Source: Harriotta raleighana (taxonomy: Eukaryota). From it: a stretch of 64,000 nt of DNA. A program made the translations under genes and the position numbers. The notes below the pieces were generated by a model, which was not told the origin of the DNA, did no database searches, and saw nothing but the letters and a program-made list of their open reading frames with translations. Positions 1 to 10,847 of this stretch are shown here, piece after piece. Position 1 is the first letter of the stretch. Each line of letters starts with the position of its first letter. The DNA is taken from contig JBNZDD010013721.1 in the NCBI GenBank assembly GCA_050575255.1, forward strand, positions 7,811,671 to 7,875,670. The letters run 5' to 3'.

Positions 1-58
1 CTGTAAGTTCGTCAAATATTAAACAGATCAAAGGTTGTCGGGTGGCAGTATTGCTCAC

Positions 59-107
59 TTAGCCCCATGTCCACTATGGACGAGGGAGTGCAAATGCCGT
101 TCTCAGT
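59..107 (-). CDS. Candidate 49-nt exon of an unidentified minus-strand gene (TENGICTPSSIVDMGL in the only stop-free frame, or 5'UTR plus start MGL)
   Basis: Minus strand: branch-like ctcac/ttaac, pyrimidine tract tcctctccttttcac, cctacag acceptor, and TAA|gtgagc donor. gacATGG is in good Kozak context. Protein not recognised. Confidence 0.35.
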
Positions 108-378
108 CTGTAGGCATTGTGAAAAGGAGAGGAGTTAATAGTGAGCTACAGTGCTTGCTAATGATTTTTATAGTCTTCATATTTTCAGTACAGGCTTTTT
201 ATGTCAAGTATTTTTTATGTACATCAAATAAAAAATTATCAACATTTTGAAACTGTCAATCGGTTGTTTGTTTTCTCGAGGCGTAATTAAAAAGTAATCT
301 ACGTTTCAAACGCACCGGTTATAGCAGGGCGATGGCTCAAACACGGCTGCTCAGTTCTGTTTGCCCAATGAGTGAGAA

Positions 379-433
379 TGTTTGCGTGTGTGGCTGCGAT
401 GGGATTTTCCCATTGTACGCACACTCACAGACA
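379..433. repeat. Imperfect inverted repeat: 26-bp stem with 3-nt loop
   Basis: tgtttgcgtgtgtggctgcgatggga-ttt-tcccattgtacgcacactcacagaca. 22 of 26 positions pair, counting 3 G-U pairs. Confidence 0.7.
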
Positions 434-1651
434 AATTCGCTACACTCTGTAAATGTGCCAGAATAGCCTCTTAATGATAACTGCCTGCAAACTCTTATTG
501 TTTAACCCACTATTATTACAAGACCTAGACATTTTCTACAATGCCTAACTCAACGCCATGGTTGCATATCAACTTTTCCCAGCATTGTTTATGACTTTGT
601 GGGTACTATTGCCAGAACTACCTCGAAAATCTTGTGTCTGTGCTCCAGCCCCCGATACCAAACCTCACCTGCACTTTTTGCTTCCGAGTACTCTTCTGCT
701 TCTCTCCCAGTTCATTCTTTGTTTTTCCCTGAATCTCTGCGTCTTTCTCGTTGTTACGCACTCCTGACGTGTTGCGTACCAAGGCCCTGAGTGAGTGTTG
801 ATGGACCACTTCAGCCCACTTGTCTCTCTCCGACAAAGGATGCTGTGAAATCCTCAAGTTAAATATTTTTTTTTAAAAAGAAACCCTATGTGCACAGGGA
901 TAGCAGTGGAGTTACAGAAAACGGCTGACATTTTACTGTGATCCTGCTTCCCCTCTTGCCAGTTATGCAGCCATATCACTGGAAGGCTTATTATCCATGA
1001 CTAACTAGTTCCTGGTGTGTATTCTCAATATATTCATAACTACAGAGATAGAACTGTTATTTTATCAATCGATTCTCTGTATCCGCAAGGGCTAAAAAAA
1101 ATATCCGCACCTAATTTGGATTTTGACTTCATTTTCACCTTCAAATTAAATAATATTACCCACAATTTTTAAAAATGTAGCCAATTCCCTCCTGATGACA
1201 AAAGGTCCCAGATCAGTATTTTTTTGCATGGGAACACAGAAAAACAAAAAACAACGAAGAATGGGAAAAACAGAATTAGGTCTCAAAGCACGACAGAAAC
1301 ACATTTATAGCTATAAATTATGACCAGTGTAATCATAAATCAGTGGTTCAAATGTCTTTGCATGCTTAGAGGAAAATGTGACTTGAAAGGAGAGCAGCAA
1401 AGAGACAATCAAGCTGTTGCTCCAGTTGGACAGGGAATAAACTTGGGAGGAATCTGCTCCCATGCCAAAATATAGCTCTAGGCCTTGAACACTCAGCAGT
1501 TATTTGGTAAGATATGGACCTTACTGTTCCATAATCGCAACCACTTAGCTCTGTCCATCTGCGATAAATGAATTCTGAGGCTCCTGGTTTAATTGACACC
1601 TAAACATCTTTTTTACCATGGAAGGTAATGAAAACCATGGAGAACTATGAT

Positions 1652-1797
1652 AGTTATTCGAATGTTAGGCACATCTTAGAATTGATGGCACCTTGGAATT
1701 GTAGTTAAGTTCCTCTCCCTACTGCCTATGACTCCCCCAATTCACCTAATCCTCAAAAATTGATCTAAGATTTGGAGGTGCCTAAATTTGAGTAAAT
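1652..1797. mobile_element. Decayed MITE-like inverted-repeat element
   Basis: Left ttattcgaatgttaggcacatcttaga matches the reverse complement of right tctaagatttggaggtgcctaaatttgagtaa. Confidence 0.45.
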
Positions 1798-2075
1798 GTC
1801 AGAATCATAGAAATTCAGTTGTTTTGTTTCATTATCACTGTAAGTCCATGGACACTGTCGATGGGATGTGAGCGACAGGGCAAGAGTGGAATGTAATAGA
1901 TTTGGAACATACGAATGAAGCTCTGTCAACCGTAATATGCAACATCTTAGTTTTATACCAAAAATGTACCAAAAATGTTACCTCTTAATTGTACATCAAT
2001 CAGCGTAAACTTCAGTGGAGTGCAAAGAATCATTTCACTCATTCAATATATATTGATGCATGCAAAAAATCTGAT

Positions 2076-2119
2076 GGGGGTGTGGGTGGGTGGAGAGGGT
2101 GGGGGTGGGGTGTGGGGTG
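2076..2119 (+). repeat. G-rich simple repeat with G-quadruplex potential
   Basis: Seven runs of 3 or more G separated by short loops (gggggtgtgggtgggtggagagggtgggggtggggtgtgggg). Confidence 0.7.
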
Positions 2120-2327
2120 ATATATGCTTTGTGAATCCGTTCTGAAACTTTCCCACTTTCTAACAAAATATTTGGCTGCTTAAAATTTAAAAGGGGGGTA
2201 AAAAAAAAAGTGTGTGTTCGCCAAGGTGAATTAAATGTTTAAAATGCTTCAGTTCCAGAGAAAGTTCTGAATTTTTTTCTGGAATACAAGAAAGAACATC
2301 AATCCTTGCGTGATAGAGACCTATTTT

Positions 2328-2707
2328 GTGGACTCCTGTAACTTAGTGATTAGAATACACGCCTTGCAATGAAGAGGACCTGGGTTTGATTCCCGAGCAG
2401 GACAAAATGTTGGGCCTGATTCCTTACTCCACATACTTCTGTTTATGTAGCAGGAGATAGGAACCCAGTTGTTAGTCGATTTGCAAATTACTTTCCTGGC
2501 GATAATAATCTCTACAAAAAAAACTTTTTTCAAAATAATAATAATAAATTGGTCACTCAACTGATGGTGTGACAGTGCTGAGCACAACTGGTCGCGGTGT
2601 TTCACTCACAATTCACTTTACAGTATATTCTGTGAAGCACTTTGAGACGACTCGAAGAAGTGATAAGGTCCTATATCAAAATGCAAGGATCATTATATTA
2701 TTATTAT
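2328..2707 (+). mobile_element. tRNA-derived SINE, long form, full length
   Basis: Degenerate A/B-box head, central ctgtttatgtagcaggagataggaaccc segment, shared tail cactttacagtatattctgtgaagcactttgagac...aaatgcaagg plus (ATT)n. Homologous to 57163-57532. Confidence 0.85.
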
Positions 2708-3745
2708 TTTACTTTGATATCAACAACACATTTTGGTTGTAATTTTCTCTCAAAGCTCACAATGCTCAGTTAGGCTATCGATTCTATTACTCCTGACCTC
2801 GTGTTAGTGTAGGCTAATCTTGCATGCCATCAAGATTGCTGTATTTCCCCATAAAACTTCCTTTCACAGCTAAAATTATTTTAGGCCCTAAGGGTAAGCT
2901 ACAGTCAGGTCACAGCACCCCAGAGACGCTCCATAGATTGAATGAGTGTAAAACTAATGTACAAGGTTTGTACGACTTAGATCTGGAGACTTCCATCTTT
3001 AAGACTATTCATTACTTCATTTTCTCTTCCTCCATCCAAAACCTTGATCAAAACAAGACCCATTACAGATGTCCAGCTGTCAAGCATTATATGACTGATG
3101 AAGAACAGACATTTTGGCAGCTTGCATATGTTTCCAAAGCTTGTGAAATTTTAGCACTAAAAAATGTGTTCCACTGAGAAAATAAAGGCCTCACTAATGC
3201 CAGTCTGCTTGAGCTAGCTGTCAAAAATCTTAACTCTTGAGTGAAAATATCAGAAGCATTGAATTCGGGATGCAATTTTGCTTGTAGATCTTGAAGGTTG
3301 AGCAGCGATCACCTGGAAAATACGCTTGCTCTTAAGCCGTACATTGTAGATTTGCGGGAAGAGGTTGAGTGACCTTCATATGAGGAAATATAAAACAAAA
3401 CCTAGGAAATGTCAGAACATGGCAGCATTTCAAAGTACAAGCAAACTGATCAGCAACAAACAGAAGCGCCGTAGGTTCTTGTGACATTTGACCATTTTCA
3501 AAATTACACGGTGGACAAAATGTTTTACTTGCTCCAGTAATGCCTCTGATCTTTTGTGGTTACCTATTGTTGCAATTGGCGCAAGCAAAGGTTTCATCTC
3601 GGAGCAAGTTTCTATAGTGCACAAATCCCTGATGTTAAGCCAGTCTTTGGCCTGTGTTGGGAGAGGAGCTATTTCCTCTGAACTCACTGATTTTCTCCCA
3701 ATGGACAGTCAGAGGGAAATTCATCCGAAAATATTTTTTTCACAA

Positions 3746-4104
3746 AATAACAACAACAACTTGCTCTTGCGTCATCTTGTACAGGGTAACCTCTCAGAGC
3801 ACTTAAAAGTGGCGGAGCCTGATTCCGAGCAGGGGGGAAGGAGGAGGAGGAAGGAAGTACTTGAAAGTTGTAGTCATTTGTAGTTTACGGGTAGTACTTG
3901 AAGGAGGGGAGAGAGGAGGCATGGTAGAGAGATTGTAGGAGAGTGTTTCGGGTTAGTAGTGGCTGAAAGCGCAACCTCCAATGGTGGGATGGAGGGTGCG
4001 AGGGATGAGCAGGAAGCTGATGCCAGATGAGCAGATGCACCAGATTTTGGAATGGGGAGTGAGGAGGTTGGAGATATAGAGAGGAGGCCGGGAGTAAATG
4101 GATT
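3746..4104 (-). mobile_element. L2 LINE 3' end (ORF2 C-terminus, 3'UTR, (GTT)n tail)
   Basis: Reverse complement encodes KSIYSRPPLYISNLLTP...TIGGCAFS, resembling the L2 LAPPYLSNLL...GGRAFS motifs. (caa)n tail at 3749-3760. Confidence 0.75.
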
Positions 4105-4105
4105 T

Positions 4106-4920
4106 CATAGAATCATAGAATCATAGAAGATTACGGCACAGAAGGAGGCCATTCGGTCTATTGAGTCTGTGCCGGCTCTTTGACAGAGCAATGTCACTTT
4201 TTTTTAACCCCAATCACCAGCTTTCTCCCCATAACTCTGCAAACCCGTCTTCCCCANAAATGGATTTCATAGAATCATAGAATCATAGAAGATTACGACA
4301 CAGAAGGAGGCCATTCGGTCTATCGAGTCTGTGCCGGCTCTTTGACAGAGCAATGTCACTTTTTTTTAACCCCAATCACCAGCTTTCTCCCCATAACTCT
4401 GCAAACCCGTCTTCCCCAGATATCTATCCAGTTCTCTCTTAAAAGCTGCTGTCGAATCGGACCTCACTACCTTTTCAGGTAGATCTTCCAAATTCGAACA
4501 ACTCTCTGAGTGAAAACATTTCTTCTAACCTCCCCTCTGCTTCTTTTGGTAGATATCTTAAGACTGTGACCTCGGGTCACAGACACACCTACCAGCGGAA
4601 ACAGCTTTTCCCNNNNNNNNNNNNNNNNNNNNNNNNNNNNNNNNNNNNNNNNNNNNNNNNNNNNNNNNNNNNNNNNNNNNNNNNNNNNNNNNNNNNNNNN
4701 NNNNNNNNNNNNNNNNNNNNNNNNNNNNNNNNNNNNNNNNNNNNNNNNNNNNNNNNNNNNNNNNNNNNNNNNNNNNNNNNNNNNNNNNNNNNNNNNNNNN
4801 NNNNNNNNNNNNNNNNNNNNNNNNNNNNNNNNNNNNNNNNNNNNNNNNNNNATGACCTCACACTTATCCACATTGAAATCCATCTGCCACATGTCAGCCC
4901 ATTCCACCATTCTGTGTATT
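4106..4920 (-). mobile_element. 5'-truncated CR1 LINE (includes duplicated tail and N gap)
   Basis: EWADMWQMDFNVDKCEV and EKLFPLVGVSVTRGHSLKI...RRNVFTQRVVRIW are typical CR1 ORF2 motifs. Terminal (ttctatga)n octamer repeat. Confidence 0.9.
4613..4851. other. Assembly gap (239 N)
   Basis: Run of N seen directly. Confidence 1.
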
Positions 4921-5862
4921 TGAACATGAGTTTGAGTGTCACCTGCATACATGTGGAAGTTTACCCATTGTCTGCAGAATAACATCTCCCAGAAGGAGCG
5001 TGTGGACAAGGAGGCAGAGGGAAGTCTGATTATAGATAGAGAGGATGTTTTTTGTGACTTTGATAAGTGTTGTCTCTGTGTTAGGGGCAGTGCAAAAACC
5101 AGACTGCCGGAGTTCAAGGAGGGAGTGGAGGGAGAAGGGTGACCCAAGTTGACCTGCAACAATGCATTCCAGGAGTTTGGCAAGGAAGGATAGGCTGGAA
5201 ATGGGCAGGTAGTGTGTAAGATTAGAGGGATCAAGAGTGGATTTTGAGAGGAGGGGTGTGATAACAGCAGTTTTCAGGGGAGAGCCTGAGGAGAGAGACT
5301 GGTTGACTGTGTCGGCCAGCAGTGGGGAGAGAAGGGGGCGTTGAGTAACCCGCAGCTGGCTGGGGAGAGGGTCGAGATAGAAGGTGGTGAACAGCATCTG
5401 GGTAATTGTGGTTGAGAGGAAGGAGGGAGAATTGGGGGCAAAGGAATGGAAGGAGTGGGGGAGTGGCAGGAGCCGTGGCAAAGGGAGAAGGCGATGTGGA
5501 TGGTTTGGGTGGGTAGAAGGGGACATGGGAGGTGGGGAGAGGACGAAACAGCCAAGTGGATGTTTTTGAATTTTTGAGGCGAAGAAGTCTAGGATTTGAT
5601 GTGAGGATGGAGGAGGCTTGAGGGATTGCATGGAGGAGGTGATGGACAGTGGAAAACAGCGTCTTAAGATTCTTGTTTGCCTCCAGGATGACATTAGAGT
5701 TTTGGCCGGTGACAGGGAGAGGCGGTAGATAGGTGGGGACGTGCTCGAGCCACAGCTGGTGGGAAGCTTGTGGCCGGATTTCTGCGCTCGACCATCCAGG
5801 TTTATGTTTTGAGTGAGCAGAGTTGATGTTGTACAAGGGAGAGAGGGTGGGTAGAACAGTCA
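4921..5862 (-). mobile_element. Degenerate L2 ORF2 reverse transcriptase fragment
   Basis: LDPLP...NQSLSSG...KTAVITPLL...LDPSNLTHYLPISSLSFLAKLLE...QSGF...TETTLIKVT and NFHMYAGDTQ (decayed YADD). Contains frameshifts and an internal deletion. Confidence 0.9.
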
Positions 5863-5875
5863 AAATATATTATCA

Positions 5876-5968
5876 AATTCACTTTACAGTATATTCTGTG
5901 ATGCTCGTTGAGGCATCTTGAAGACATGATAAGGCACTATATCAAATGCAAGAATTATTATTATTATA
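5876..5968 (+). mobile_element. SINE 3' tail fragment
   Basis: aattcactttacagtatattctgtga...gataaggcactatatcaaatgcaag(att)n. Confidence 0.8.
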
Positions 5969-6143
5969 ACAATATTATATAGAGTTGGATCAGGGATTTC
6001 TCAACTAAGAAATTGGTTAAGAAATACCGCAAAATTAAACAGTTTAGTTTAATCAAATGCTGATTTTGCTGAGTTTGTTCTTCCAAAATTGACCCTAACC
6101 ACCAATATCTGCATTGTAGTGAATGGACGGGGACGTTTTGATC

Positions 6144-6322
6144 TGAGGCAGTATTTTCATCTTACCAACAGAGGTTCCACTGCATAGATTTTTCTGCAGG
6201 AATGCATAAAAGATTCAGTCCTCCTCTCCTGATACTGAAGCAGCTATAGCAAAGTGGTAGTGCATTTTGTGAGGGACTTCTATGTGCAGGAACAGCGCAT
6301 AAATAATTTCACCCAGCCTTTA
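6144..6322. mobile_element. Possible decayed palindromic MITE
   Basis: Internal inverted match gttccactgcataga / tctatgtgcaggaac. Ends aggcagtatttt ... aatttcacccagcct. Confidence 0.3.
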
Positions 6323-7219
6323 ATTCACTAACACTTTTAATCAATTAAGTTTTCTCTTCAGAAGGCAGAAAAAAATAACTTGTGGCAAACGAAAATCCAA
6401 GAAATGCATCATTTATGTTGCATATTGTGCACACGGATTTCAGACAAGGCAGAGGAGAGCACAGAAGATTAGATTTTTTGTTTACATCACAATAATGGGC
6501 CAAGACAGCTGAAAATTGTTTAACCAATCCTCGATTGTGCTTTCGAATAAACTGATCATGAAAATCTCCACTTAATACATATTCGGCATTCAGGCAAAGT
6601 GAACGGAATTGAAAAAATAACTTCAATCAATCAATCTGTTGCCAGCAAATTGACATACAGTAATATATCTGTGTTCTACAAAAGTTAAAATTCAGAGTAA
6701 ATTACCAGCAAACTGCGCTTTTCTAATAAAGATCTCCACAGATAATGGGATTGGCAGATGAATCAGCTATTTAGTAATGATGTCTTTGCAGATAGAGAAG
6801 ACTGAACGCGAATCAAGAGCAGATAAGATGTCCTTTGATCTTCACAAAAGAAGTGGATGGGATGATTTATTTTCTACCTGCTTGAGCATTGACCTAAACA
6901 TATCTTGCCAGCACTGTGAAAACCACAACCGGTTGAAGTTCAGCAGGAAGTTTACCTGCCAGAGGTTAGAGCTTAGCAATGGAATTGTTCCCTGAATAAC
7001 GTATCAGTTCACATTTCGCAGCTACAATCTGTTAAACTAAATGCGCGAAGTGAATCCTTTTTTGTTGGTGGAGGGGAAGCAAATAAAAACTGAAAAGTGA
7101 GGAAAAACAAAAAAACATTTTCCTCTTACAGTCATTGCATTTAATTCTCAAGCTAACTACTTTAGTGTTTTCTTTGAGCACAGAAGTATGTACACGCTTT
7201 GTTGCTTAGGGCAGTTAAT

Positions 7220-7235
7220 TGACAATGATTTATGG
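7220..7235 (+). promoter_or_regulatory. Adjacent TALE half-site (TGACA) and PBX-HOX site (TGATTTATGG)
   Basis: ttgacaatgatttatggc. Motif match only, in repeat-free sequence. Confidence 0.3.
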
Positions 7236-7999
7236 CTCTCAGATTTGCCTCCTTTGGCTATCTGTTTATCTTTGTTAAGACACTGTATTGTTTCTGAGTT
7301 GGTTTCAGAACCTAGGTTCTACAATTTGAGCAAATGGAAATCTTCCAACAATGTTTTGAATCTGTGAAGTTTGTCGACAAAGAAGTGAAATGCTCTGCAC
7401 TGCTGGGAGCTAACCTAGTTTAGTGACAGTAAAAAAAAACGGTGGATAAATCACTGTTTGATGTCTGTTTTATTAAGGCGGTAATGCTATGTTGGAATTT
7501 AGCAATGGGTTTATTTGTGGGAACTGCATCGTACCTGAGATCGTACATTCATCGATGAGCTGTTGTTACTGTAACAAACACTCGCCTCAAAATACCATTA
7601 TTTGTGAGAAGTGGGAGAAAAGTCAATAATCGTGAATTTTCTGATCAAACGGAATGAATTTTTTTAAGACTGTCCAAGGTTCTGGCGCTGCCGAGTGCAA
7701 AAATGGGGATTTTATTCCCGTGAGCAAAAAGGTAGAGGCCGATGAGGAAGCATCTGTCTTCGCACGGTTAAAATACCTTTAACAATCCAATTGAGGCTGA
7801 TAAATACCCCGTCTGTTAACCCAGCTGTGGAGAGCAGATCTTTTGGAGATTAATGGGCTGAGATTCCGCTTGGCGTTATGCGCAGGACCTTTGCCGATGC
7901 CAGGCGCTAATGGGATTTCCCCTGCATTCTAATGGCCCATCCTCAAGGCCAACAGGGGATTTGGGGAGAGAAGCAAAGTATGAAATATTTTGTCAGGTA

Positions 8000-8410
8000 C
8001 CAGCCTGACTCAGTTGGTAGCACTCTCGCCTGTGAGGCAGATGGTTGCAGATTCAAGCCCCACGCGGAGACCTTGAACATTTGGAACTCACGTTGCTTAA
8101 GGTGACAACAACAATAATGCCATTATTGCAGTTCTATAGCGCCTTTCCACATCGGGAGGACGTCCCAAGGTTCTGGGCTGGTAAGAACACTATATTGTTC
8201 TGAGGTGCTGTCCTTTGGATGAGATATTGATGCAAGTTCGCCTCTCTTCATTCAGGTGGACATGAATGATTCCATCGCACCAATCAAAAACAACGGCCTC
8301 AATTCCCCCAAGCACTTTACAGTAAATGCTGTGAAGCGCTTTCAGATGTCTTCCAGATGTGAAAGATGCTGTATCAAACATAAGAAATATGATCAGTATT
8401 ATGATTATGG
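8000..8410 (+). mobile_element. Deu-domain SINE with a nested reverse-oriented L2-type tail (8105-8170)
   Basis: Head cagcctgactcagttggtagcactctcgcc, Deu core gaggtgctgtcctttggatgagatatt...caggtggacat, shared tail. Confidence 0.75.
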
Positions 8411-8812
8411 ATAAAACTAAAAATCTTTAGTGGAAACGTCCAACGTAATCGCATTCCTTTTCAAATCTTTCAAACAAATACTTGTAAGAAAGCTATTTTT
8501 AATTAGGTTTCTTCAGTTTGAAGCCAACCATTATATTTAGGCATCATTTATCATATTTGTCTCCTGTGTGTTTAGTAATTTTCCTGCAAACATTTAGGAA
8601 AACTACAGTATTTTGAAAAAAATGTCCTATGGGTTCTGACTTTTATTTTGAAGGTTGGCAATGTTAGCTTTGTAAGCACTGACATTGACTGTGGAGATAT
8701 GTACTAGATTGTATACCAAGCGCATGCTCTGGCAGGAGCAATCACACCAACATTTCAGCTCAGAAGTAACAGATTCACTCCAAGGCTGGTCTTACTCATA
8801 TTTTATTCCAGT

Positions 8813-8965
8813 AATAATATAACTGTCCTTCCTTGTGATATCTCGCCTTATCAAGTCGTCGAAGATGTCTCAAAGCGCTTCACAGAATACATTGTGAAGT
8901 GGATTGACTATATTTTTTGAGCGAAACACAGTAGCCAACTGCACATAGCAGTGTCCCTGCAAACA
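8813..8965 (-). mobile_element. SINE 3' half
   Basis: gccttatca...gatgtctcaaagcgcttcacagaatac...gccaactgcacatagcagtgtccc is the reverse complement of the SINE tail. Confidence 0.75.
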
Positions 8966-9053
8966 ATTGTAACACGGCAGCAAACGTACAGTGATTTGAG
9001 TGTGACGGTATTTGTGGCTAGCACCATCCCTATTCCTGACATAAGTAGTCCAA

Positions 9054-9237
9054 TGGGCCACTTTCACTGCATCTTTGGAGTTGATTCGAAGCACGGTGTA
9101 AAGTTGCTGTTAGTTCTATTGATGCAGTTCGACTCCCGCTTCATGAAGCAAACTCGGGGTCGAATGGATTGATTCCACAGCTGTAGCATTAAATGGCATC
9201 AATCCTGCTGCTAATTTTGATCAGTGCATTGGCCATT
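9054..9237. mobile_element. Decayed palindromic MITE (PIF/Harbinger-like GGGCC termini)
   Basis: Nested inverted matches: atgggccactttcactgcatc/gatcagtgcattggccat, attgatgc/gcatcaat, ttcgactcccg/cggggtcgaa, and central palindrome gcttcatgaagc. Confidence 0.55.
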
Positions 9238-10847
9238 CAACCAGCTGCTTAGCAATATTAAAATAATACCAGGAGTAGTTTCAGTTAGAGGTTCTCTACC
9301 CACACACGCACTTTGCTGCGCATGTACACAGCACTCCTCGGATTCCATCTGGGAGAAAGTTGAAGAGGAAACATAATTCCGAATTACATTGCTTCCAGCA
9401 GTATGAAAAGGTCATTCGACAAAGCTGTGTGAAGACATTGATGCCATATGGAGTTAGAAGGCTAGATATGTGAACCATATCAATATGTCCTTTTTGGCAT
9501 GTTTTTTCACCTAATCCTATTATCCTTTTGGTATTCTTTCCACCTGTCACTGTCTCAATGGGACACTGTATGCAGGAGGAAGTGAATGGCCACACAAGTT
9601 ATTGATAGTTGAACAGCACCTTTGAACCTTCCAATAATAAGCAGTGAAAATAGTTCGGCTTTGACTTCCTCTGCAACTCAATGGCTTATCTGGGGGCACT
9701 GACATTGAGTGACATGGTGAATCATTTATGTGATGTTACATTTTAACCGAATAACGCAGACACTGTGAGTCATCTAAAACTTAATAGACCGCACACCCGG
9801 AATTCTACCAAAATATCACAATTCACAGCATGAGAAATATTCCGTCAAAGATGACCTTCATTCATTCATAGACATGACTGGTTGTATTGACGAATAAGAC
9901 ATTGAGGTTCAAGCCATTGCTGAGGTTTACTTGGGGACATTTCTCAACGAACTCGTTGGATGCAAATGATGGCCTGACACCAAGATCAGTAACAAAGAAG
10001 CAATTTTGTTCTTTACACTTTTACGCCTTTGTGCTTAAGGAACTGCGCACAACGACTCTCACTATAAGCTATGTTTGGAAGCCTTTAAAAGTACCAGTCT
10101 GCTGAACTCATTGAGACAGAATCGGATATTGGTGGCGCTATATTTAGAGAGAATTACTCCTGCTGCTCAGTGTGATCTGACATTTACATCACAAGGGAGG
10201 TATGTTGAATTACTCTCAAGTGACACAACTACGATAGGTCATTGTCCCACATGGAATAGTGGAGGATGCACACAACAGAACAGATTGTTTGTTTTCCATG
10301 TTCAGTGTACAGTACTTTCAGAGAAAATTCAGATGCCAGAAGAGGTTGTACAGCTGATTGAGCTACAGAAATTAAATAACTGAATTATTTGTGCCAAACA
10401 GATGCTAGGCCAGACATGGAAACTGCATTCTTGGCATAGCTGTGTCCGGATGATGATGTGTGTGTGTGTAAAAAAAAGTGGTCAGAGTCCTTGAGTGGCT
10501 TGTTCCATCTGAACTATTTCCATTCACTTCTCTGAGTCTGCTTGAGAAGCTTGAGTTATGGAGATGAATGAAGATCAGGGTCAAAAGTCCAGTTAAACTG
10601 ATTGGGTTTCTCTTGTCCTATGAGAGTGAAATTTTGTTTTCCCTTAGATGGAATTGGTTCTGGCCTTTAAAGATGATACTGAATTGGGAAGGCATTGCCA
10701 AATTTCAGCGAAAATGACCAAATTATATACAAATTAAGTTAATCTCTTACTGCCATCGTTGCACAATAAAATGATTTCCATCTGGAAGAGGAATCACGTT
10801 CCCTATTGTTGGGGCTTAATGACATCCATTATGGGACACTATACCAT

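Noticed and set aside
1-8. ct|gtaagt plus-strand donor at the window edge
   Set aside because: No upstream context is available, and the 6-mer is common by chance.
4565-4581. Perfect inverted repeat tgtgacc-tcg-ggtcaca resembling a nuclear-receptor element
   Set aside because: It lies within CR1 coding sequence (VTRGHS), and the half-sites are everted relative to an ERE.
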